DNA of 64,000 bases from an uncultured virus (IMG/VR IMGVR_UViG_3300028833_000129) (Duplodnaviria > Heunggongvirae > Uroviricota > Caudoviricetes). The stretch lies in IMG/VR virus record IMGVR_UViG_3300028833_000129. One strand, written 5' to 3'. Within the stretch, counting starts at the first letter, position 1; each line of letters starts with the position of its first letter. Positions 57,248-64,000 of the stretch are shown here, piece by piece. The notes beneath the pieces are model-generated. The model was not told the origin of the DNA and searched no databases. It was given only the letters and a program-made list of their open reading frames with translations. The position numbers and the translations under genes are program-made.

Positions 57248-60178
57248 ATGGTTTATAAAAATCACCTATTAACAATATATGTAAATAATCAATTGTTGAC
57301 GTTGGAAAGTGAAGACGTTAATTTAAGGCTGAATGCAACAGTGTTCAACCCAATTGATATTTCATCTACCCAAAGTGAATACAGTTTCAGTTTTGAAGTT
57401 CCTGCAATAGCAGAGAATAACAAGATATTCCAATATGCAAATTGTCTGGATAAACCTTCAAAGTTTCATAACAGGTATGATGCAAAAGTATATGCTGATG
57501 AACAGTTGATATTTGAAGGCACGTTAATCATCAATTCATATAAAGACAATAAATATAACTGCAATTTGGTGGCAGTGAAAACTTATTCACTTGACGAAAT
57601 ATTTGGTGAAGATACATTAAACGAAATTCCTTGGTATAAGCCTTTTAATGGAATATCGTCTATTAATGCATATAACGCCTCTGGAGACACAGAAATTGCT
57701 TTCCCCTTAATATCCTATGGTGTCTTCCAAAAAACGCCTTATTTCAGTGATACGGTGGCAAATGATTATACTTCAAAGTTTCAATTAGACGAATATAATA
57801 AATGGTGGGTAGAATCTTTCTTTCCGTCATTAAATATGCTCCAGACTGTTAAAAAGGCATTCGAATGGAAGGGATATACTGTTGGCGGCGATGCTTTCAA
57901 TGATGAAATATTGAAGAATGTTTATATGTCCTGCAACCTATCATCTGAACAACAGCCATTGTATAATCTAGGCAATGAAAGAATGGGCAAGGTGTCATTA
58001 ACGACACGTTTCTATAGCAATACAGAAGGATATGAACAAGAACTGAAATTTCCATATTTCCATGTTAAGAATGGAAGGGCAGGATTTGGCAGTTCAACTA
58101 GTGTTAACACCAATACAAAGACATACGAAGATTGGAACTTCAAGACAGTTCAAATTTATGACTTGCTACGTTCTGGAACAACGATTGTCAACCAACCAAC
58201 ATATATGTTTGATGATAATGAAAAATGCATTGTAATACCTGCTGATGGTTGGTATAAGATTGATTTACGTGCAACATGCACACTTGAATCAGGCGAAATT
58301 ACAGCAGTCCAAAATGTCATAACTGATGGTGGCGCTGGTGATGATATTGAAGAAAAGGAACTGACAATGCAACGAAACCTTTATGAAACATGCCCAGTGG
58401 AAATTCAGTTGGTAAGAAACTATAATGATAATTTGGAGTTAATAAAGGGAAAGTGGAACACTGAATATTCTAATGGCAACCCAACTGAAACGATGTATAG
58501 AATAGGCACTAGGTATTACAACAACATCAACCAATGGCAAACATGTTTCCCCCATGATGACCCCTATAATACAGGTCTTCCAACAAAACTTGATGGTATT
58601 TCTTTGATGCATTCTAGAGGCAGCAGTTTTGGAGGGCAAAAGGCAGGTGAAGGAACAATAAACACAATTGGTGGCAGCAGAAGTGGCAAAGGTGGTGATT
58701 TTGGCAAGAATAGAAGAGGTGGTGGCACTAACACAACACCCAGAAACTATTCCTATGGTGATTATGGGTATGTATATGTTGACAATGAAATAATGGCTTA
58801 TGACCCCGTTGTTAACAGCGACTTCATTTGTGGTGTTTCAAGCATGGGAATCAATGGCAGAAGTGGTTGCAAGGCTGTTATTAAGAATGGCTATAGTTGG
58901 ACTAGAAGTTTCAGTGAAGAAACAAATGCTTTCTATGATAACAATGGCTACCTTCACTTAACAAAGGGTACTGGTAACACTGTAAACGAAGAGCAGACAA
59001 CATATAATTCCAACACCTATGGAGCACCTGCAACAACAATCATTTCAAATGCCAATACACTGTCAGCAAGATTTAGTTGCATGGTCTATCTGTATAAGAA
59101 TGATGTATTAGAGTTATTCCAAGTCAATAGGGGCTATAATAACGCTGCTGGTAACGTTGTAACGTACCCAATTGATACAACTGTTGACCTTGATATAACA
59201 GCGATGTCAGAGAGGTCTTATAATGCCCTTCGTTCTGATGATTTTAACTATTCATCAACGACAGAATTTGATGTTGATTTAAGGCTGTCTAATTTCCTAA
59301 ACGATGAAACGACAATAGCAAGTTTCATACAAAACGTGATGGATGCATACAACCTTGAAATAAAACAATATGGCAAGACAATAACGATTGATACCAAGAA
59401 AATAGCAACCACTAACAACCCGCCAATTATTAATCTAGATAATAGGGTTAATTCTAATGATGCTGAATCAGAACTTATTGAATATCCTAGTACTTTGGCA
59501 GTGCAATATAAGATAGACACTGATGAATGGGGGTTTGAACAATCAGCACCACCAGACACTGATTTTAGCACTGATGATTGGAAGAAATATGGTGATAGTG
59601 GCTTTACTAAGATTATATTAAACGATGATAATTATAACATAGATGATGAAGTAAAGAATATCAACTTTTCATATACTTGGTACGATGATTTTAAGTGGAT
59701 TGAAGTAGACAGTGCTAATACAGCAGACAGTGGCACTGTTGAAACATTGTCAATTCCTGTAATATCCAAGTTTGAATACATGATTGATGGCTACAATTAC
59801 GATGAAGCAATGCAGCATGACGGATATAGTTTAACACAGCGTTTTTGGTTTAAGCCAACAAAGACAAATGCATTCGTTTGGACTGATAGTTACCCATTCG
59901 AAAAGGTTGATATATATACAACATCAAACGTGCTAAACAACGTTAATTTGTCGTACAAGAATACAGAGCAGAGCATATTGACGAACTATTTCAACTATTA
60001 TGCAGATTTGTCTTCAAACTATGTAAATATTGATGTGTATATCACTCCAGACGAATATAAATTATTAAAAAATGGGGCAAACGTGAAATTTGATGATGAT
60101 GTATATATACCTGTAGAAATGATTGGTTATGACCCAACAGGAAACAACAAAACATCATTGAAGTTAATGAAGCACTAA
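57248..60178 (+). CDS. Large minor tail / baseplate hub protein
   Basis: Homolog of 9761. Confidence 0.6.
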   Translation: MVYKNHLLTIYVNNQLLTLESEDVNLRLNATVFNPIDISSTQSEYSFSFEVPAIAENNKIFQYANCLDKPSKFHNRYDAKVYADEQLIFEGTLIINSYKDNKYNCNLVAVKTYSLDEIFGEDTLNEIPWYKPFNGISSINAYNASGDTEIAFPLISYGVFQKTPYFSDTVANDYTSKFQLDEYNKWWVESFFPSLNMLQTVKKAFEWKGYTVGGDAFNDEILKNVYMSCNLSSEQQPLYNLGNERMGKVSLTTRFYSNTEGYEQELKFPYFHVKNGRAGFGSSTSVNTNTKTYEDWNFKTVQIYDLLRSGTTIVNQPTYMFDDNEKCIVIPADGWYKIDLRATCTLESGEITAVQNVITDGGAGDDIEEKELTMQRNLYETCPVEIQLVRNYNDNLELIKGKWNTEYSNGNPTETMYRIGTRYYNNINQWQTCFPHDDPYNTGLPTKLDGISLMHSRGSSFGGQKAGEGTINTIGGSRSGKGGDFGKNRRGGGTNTTPRNYSYGDYGYVYVDNEIMAYDPVVNSDFICGVSSMGINGRSGCKAVIKNGYSWTRSFSEETNAFYDNNGYLHLTKGTGNTVNEEQTTYNSNTYGAPATTIISNANTLSARFSCMVYLYKNDVLELFQVNRGYNNAAGNVVTYPIDTTVDLDITAMSERSYNALRSDDFNYSSTTEFDVDLRLSNFLNDETTIASFIQNVMDAYNLEIKQYGKTITIDTKKIATTNNPPIINLDNRVNSNDAESELIEYPSTLAVQYKIDTDEWGFEQSAPPDTDFSTDDWKKYGDSGFTKIILNDDNYNIDDEVKNINFSYTWYDDFKWIEVDSANTADSGTVETLSIPVISKFEYMIDGYNYDEAMQHDGYSLTQRFWFKPTKTNAFVWTDSYPFEKVDIYTTSNVLNNVNLSYKNTEQSILTNYFNYYADLSSNYVNIDVYITPDEYKLLKNGANVKFDDDVYIPVEMIGYDPTGNNKTSLKLMKH

Positions 60179-60251
60179 CAATCTATAGCAAACAATCTTT
60201 GATTGTTTTCGTTCTTTCAGAATAGTATGTTTATACTAAAATATTGAAGAA

Positions 60252-60542
60252 ATGGAAAAAGAAACTTGGAAAAACATAAGCATAAGGGAAAAACTACAAC
60301 TTATCAATGGAACTGGATTGATTGTTGCAGCCATTACCCTTTACTTTTTATCATTTATCATAACATTATCAATAGGATTTGACATTATTTCAGCTGGTGC
60401 AACATTACTTGCAACAGGTTTGGCGCTATTTGGTATTACCGGATTTGTAAAAAACTCTATGATGCAGTTTGAAACCAAGATTGAAAAGAAATTAAGACGT
60501 TTTGAAGACATTGAAGAAGACAGAAAATATGGACAGAACTAA
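60252..60542 (+). CDS. Holin (phage B native copy)
   Basis: 2 TM helices; homolog of 16867. Confidence 0.7.
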   Translation: MEKETWKNISIREKLQLINGTGLIVAAITLYFLSFIITLSIGFDIISAGATLLATGLALFGITGFVKNSMMQFETKIEKKLRRFEDIEEDRKYGQN

Positions 60543-61029
60543 ATGGTTAATATTTGCCGTTATTTTTGCATTGATTGGAGCACATGTATATAATATACTA
60601 GGCAAAAAGGCAGAAGTAATTGAAATAGAAAAGACAGATACCATCGTTGTTAATGATACAATAAAACAGAGAGATACCATAACAATTACCAAAACAAAAC
60701 AGGTATATAGAGAAATTGTTAAGACGGACACAGTATTTAACGAAAAAGGTGATACAATTCAGCTAGTTACAGAAAATAAGTTATATAAAGACACTTTATG
60801 CAGTCAAAACGATTCTATCATACTGGAGAGCAGTATTACAGGTATAAATCCAAGGTTAGATTGGATAAAAGCAGATTGGCGAAAGCAGGAAATTATAAAA
60901 ACTGTAACGATAACAAACTATGTAAAACCAAATAAAATAAAAATAACTCCACAATTGGGCATTGGTTATGGATTATTTAATAAAAAAATTGATGCTTATG
61001 CAGGTGTTGGAATCAGTATTAATTTGTAA
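60529..61029 (+). CDS. Spanin-like lysis protein (copy 2)
   Basis: Identical translation to 17144. Confidence 0.55.
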   Translation: MDRTKWLIFAVIFALIGAHVYNILGKKAEVIEIEKTDTIVVNDTIKQRDTITITKTKQVYREIVKTDTVFNEKGDTIQLVTENKLYKDTLCSQNDSIILESSITGINPRLDWIKADWRKQEIIKTVTITNYVKPNKIKITPQLGIGYGLFNKKIDAYAGVGISINL

Positions 61030-61157
61030 GAATCCCTATGATAATCAATATAAAGCACCTTATGGTTATGGCTTTTTTTATAATGGTCAGTTCCAAGGCA
61101 CAATTATATGGAGGGATAACGTTGAAGGCTACGAACTTAAAAAACTACAAGATTAAT

Positions 61158-61661
61158 ATGGCAGATTATAAGAAATTAGTACCAATAATACTAGAGTTTG
61201 AAGGTGGATATGCAGGCAATATTGATGGCATGATATGCACAATGAAAGGTGTGACATTGGCAACATACAAACAATATTATGGCAAATTAAAGACTTGCAA
61301 AGATTTAAAGAATATCACCAATGAAGAATGGGAAACAATATTTAAGTTGGGATATTGGAATAGATGGTGTGCAGACCAAATAAACAATCAAGCCATTGCC
61401 AATTTGCTAGTCGATTGGACTTGGGGCAGCGGAATATATGGCATTAAATACCCACAAGCAATATTGGGCGTTAAAGTTGATGGAAAAGTAGGCCCAAAGA
61501 CATTGGCAGCAATAAATAACCATCATGACCAAAAGAAATTATTTCAACAGTTGTGGGAGAGAAGAAAAAAACACTTTGAAGACATTGCAAGGAGAGATAA
61601 GTCAAAGGCAAAGTTCTTGAAAGGTTGGCTTCGAAGATTAGATGCTTTCAAGTTTGAATAA
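61158..61661 (+). CDS. GH108 endolysin (copy 2)
   Basis: Identical translation to 17773. Confidence 0.85.
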   Translation: MADYKKLVPIILEFEGGYAGNIDGMICTMKGVTLATYKQYYGKLKTCKDLKNITNEEWETIFKLGYWNRWCADQINNQAIANLLVDWTWGSGIYGIKYPQAILGVKVDGKVGPKTLAAINNHHDQKKLFQQLWERRKKHFEDIARRDKSKAKFLKGWLRRLDAFKFE

Positions 61662-61782
61662 GATATAGTAGCACCGTTTACAGTTAGGAATTTCGTATTA
61701 ATGGGCTGATGGGAGTTAGGGGCGATAGCTAACTCCCACTTTTTTTGTCTAGGATATGTTTATTCTAAAATACTTTGTGAAT

Positions 61783-62877
61783 ATGGCAAAAAAGCGTAAA
61801 AGATATTTAGTAACGGCAGACAAATCAGAAGCCTTTGCATGCAGTTTGGTTACTTCTCCAGCGATGGAAGAGACTTTTGTTGTTTTCAACGAAGATACAC
61901 CAATAGTTGAAAAGTTTGCTGATGATAAGAAACACATGATAACAGGTGTTGTTGCTATCCCAAACAAACCTATCTACAGAAGGAACAAAGAAACTGGAGA
62001 AGAATATGATATTGTTTTTTCAGCAGAAGCAATTGAAAAAATGTCGATGGACTTTTTAAAGAACTACAAGCAGCATGAAGTGACGTTGCAACATCAAGAA
62101 AATGCTGATGGCGTTTATCTGGTTGAACAGTGGATAAAAAATGATTTGGTATATGACAAATCACTTTCAATGGGACTGTCAAAAGAGTTGCCTGTTGGTA
62201 GTTGGTTCCAGACATATTATGTGGATTCAAACGATGTTTGGAAACGTATTGAAAGCGGTGAATTACTAGGATTTAGTTTGGAATGTGCACTGTCAATGGA
62301 AGAATTTAATAAAATTGAAAATAATGATAACGATATGGATTTAGTAGACAACATGAATTTTTGGAAGAAAATGAAGGAAACACTGAAAGAAGTGTTTGCA
62401 AAAGGTGATGTTGATGTAGAAGGAAGCGAAGCAGTAAAGATTACACCAACAAAACAAGAATTGGCTGAAATGTCTGGTTTTACAAGCGTTGAAGACTATG
62501 AAAAAGAGGTTGAAGCCATTAAGGCAGAATTTGAAGAGGCAACACCAACTGTTGAAACGCCTGTAGAGCCTATAGAAACGCCTGTAGAGGCTCCAAAAGT
62601 GGAAGACCCTACAACTACCCCACCTGCAAAGGAAGAAACGCCTACAGAGGCAGAAAACAAGCCTGACGAACCAAAGGACAACCACCTTGAAGACTTAATT
62701 AAGAACTTAAAAGAAGAAATCGAAGCATTGAAGGGCTTAAACAAAGACCTAAACAAGAAAGTTAAGACCCTAGAAAAAGAACCATCTGTTAATCCAATTA
62801 ATACGAATGGCGGTGGCAAGAAAGGTGGTGACAATTTTGACAATTGGCGTGAAACGATGAAAAACTATCTACAATAG
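61783..62877 (+). CDS. Prohead protease/scaffold (copy 2)
   Basis: Identical translation to 18398. Confidence 0.75.
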   Translation: MAKKRKRYLVTADKSEAFACSLVTSPAMEETFVVFNEDTPIVEKFADDKKHMITGVVAIPNKPIYRRNKETGEEYDIVFSAEAIEKMSMDFLKNYKQHEVTLQHQENADGVYLVEQWIKNDLVYDKSLSMGLSKELPVGSWFQTYYVDSNDVWKRIESGELLGFSLECALSMEEFNKIENNDNDMDLVDNMNFWKKMKETLKEVFAKGDVDVEGSEAVKITPTKQELAEMSGFTSVEDYEKEVEAIKAEFEEATPTVETPVEPIETPVEAPKVEDPTTTPPAKEETPTEAENKPDEPKDNHLEDLIKNLKEEIEALKGLNKDLNKKVKTLEKEPSVNPINTNGGGKKGGDNFDNWRETMKNYLQ

Positions 62878-62966
62878 TTTCTGCAAAAACTGAAATATGT
62901 TTAAAATAAACAACATACGAAGAGTATGCAAAAATGATAAAATAATAGATTAAAATAAATAAAATT

Positions 62967-63917
62967 ATGGCTAATTTCATAGATGTTAGTGGATTAACTT
63001 ATTGTGGCAAAGAGTATCAGAATATTTTTGCTAGAGATATGTACACTTTAGACCTTCGTAATTATGGTATTACGTTGATGGATGGTGTAAAGGGTAAAAT
63101 GAAACTTTATACTGGAGAGATTGGTGATGTATGGCAGGCTTATTCATGTCCGTTTACACCCCAAGGTGCTGCATCATTGGCAGAAAGTTTTATAGAGCCG
63201 GTTGCAATTAAATCAAACCTTGAAAACTGCTACGATACCTTCTGGAATACATTCTTAGTAGAACAGACTTCAATCAGTCTTAATGGCGGCATTCCCCAGA
63301 CATTTGCAGCATGGTTCTTTGACAAGTATCGTCAGAAGATGGCACGTGAATACGAAGAGATTTTCTGGCAGGGTGACACCGCTAGAACTGCAACAACCAA
63401 GGCTTATTTAAAGGTCACTGATGGTGTTGAAAAGCAGTTGTCAGGTAATTCAGCTGTTACAAGCGTTGCATTAACTGCTTTCACTGTTGACAATATACTT
63501 GCCCAAGTCGAAACTGTTATTTCAAGCGGTCTTTCTGTTGCAAACGCTGCAGAAGTTGACACTGGTAAATATAAGGTTCTTATGAACAAGGCTGACGTTG
63601 ACCTCTTAAAGATGGCACTTGGTAAGGTTTGTTGCCCAAACAACAATAGCATTTTCTCCAACTATGCAAAGGGTGCTGATGGTGGTGTTATCATACTTGG
63701 TTATGAAGTTATCCCAACCATGCAGAGCAGAAACACCATAATCTTTGGAGACCCAAGGAACTTGGTATTAGGTTTTGATACCTTCGATTCACACTTATCT
63801 TGGAAGTTAATTGACCTTCGTGATACGACTGGGGATAACATGTTTAGAATCATAGCAATTTCCAATATTGCTGTTGGTGTTGTATTCCCTGAAGGAATGG
63901 TTTATGCAAGCGTATAA
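62967..63917 (+). CDS. Major capsid protein (copy 2)
   Basis: Identical translation to 19582. Confidence 0.75.
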   Translation: MANFIDVSGLTYCGKEYQNIFARDMYTLDLRNYGITLMDGVKGKMKLYTGEIGDVWQAYSCPFTPQGAASLAESFIEPVAIKSNLENCYDTFWNTFLVEQTSISLNGGIPQTFAAWFFDKYRQKMAREYEEIFWQGDTARTATTKAYLKVTDGVEKQLSGNSAVTSVALTAFTVDNILAQVETVISSGLSVANAAEVDTGKYKVLMNKADVDLLKMALGKVCCPNNNSIFSNYAKGADGGVIILGYEVIPTMQSRNTIIFGDPRNLVLGFDTFDSHLSWKLIDLRDTTGDNMFRIIAISNIAVGVVFPEGMVYASV

Positions 63918-64000
63918 CAATTCGTTATCATATATATTTCCTTTGGTTATCTGATGGGGGATAACAATAGGGTTATCCCCACTTAAAAAGAAAAATAAAA

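Larger units (their letters stand above)
16990..60374. mobile_element. Apparently complete 43,385-bp genome unit of temperate siphovirus-like Bacteroidetes phage 'B'
   Basis: Holds one copy each of capsid, protease, portal, terminase, tail tube, tape measure, integrase and lysis genes; sequence restarts at an offset of 43,385. Confidence 0.85.
60375..64000 (+). repeat. Long direct repeat, copy 2 (runs off window end)
   Basis: Matches 16990-20615. Confidence 0.95.

Noticed and set aside
1..64000. tRNA/rRNA genes and host chromosomal flanks (attL/attR)
   Set aside because: None recognisable by eye; all identifiable genes are phage-like. A tRNAscan/Infernal run would be needed to exclude small RNAs

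Overview
The whole window is AT-rich phage DNA of Bacteroidetes type, judged by TTTG-N18-20-TAnnTTTG promoters, Arm-DNA-bind_5-style integrases and BspA/BACON-like domains. No host chromosomal genes are visible. It contains two related but clearly diverged temperate siphovirus-like genomes joined in tandem. Segment A (1 to ~16989) runs from integrase, attP-like region, sigma-like factor, DNA methyltransferase and terminase through tail genes and tape measure to the start of a holin. Segment B is an apparently complete 43,385-bp unit (16990-60374) with lysis, head, major tail, a large adhesin/fibre cluster, tape measure, portal, small early genes, integrase, terminase and tail genes. B then restarts: 60375-64000 appears identical to 16990-20615. 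Main points of interest: (i) an array of five BspA-type LRR genes plus a degenerate sixth, with fibre proteins carrying matching terminal motifs that suggest a modular, branched 'plug-and-socket' receptor-binding apparatus; (ii) reciprocal 4-mer avoidance that flips at the A/B junction (A lacks CCAG/CTGG, B lacks TGAG/CTCA); (iii) a phage-specific (A)TATGTTTA late-promoter motif, probably read by a phage sigma-like factor; (iv) a conserved -1 frameshift with long dual coding in the tail chaperone; (v) a 4-nt interruption in the Walker A motif of terminase B; (vi) three NUMOD endonuclease genes with an identical 12-bp 3' end, each placed tail-to-tail against a neighbouring stop codon. Functional calls come from motif recognition and synteny by eye, not from database searches.
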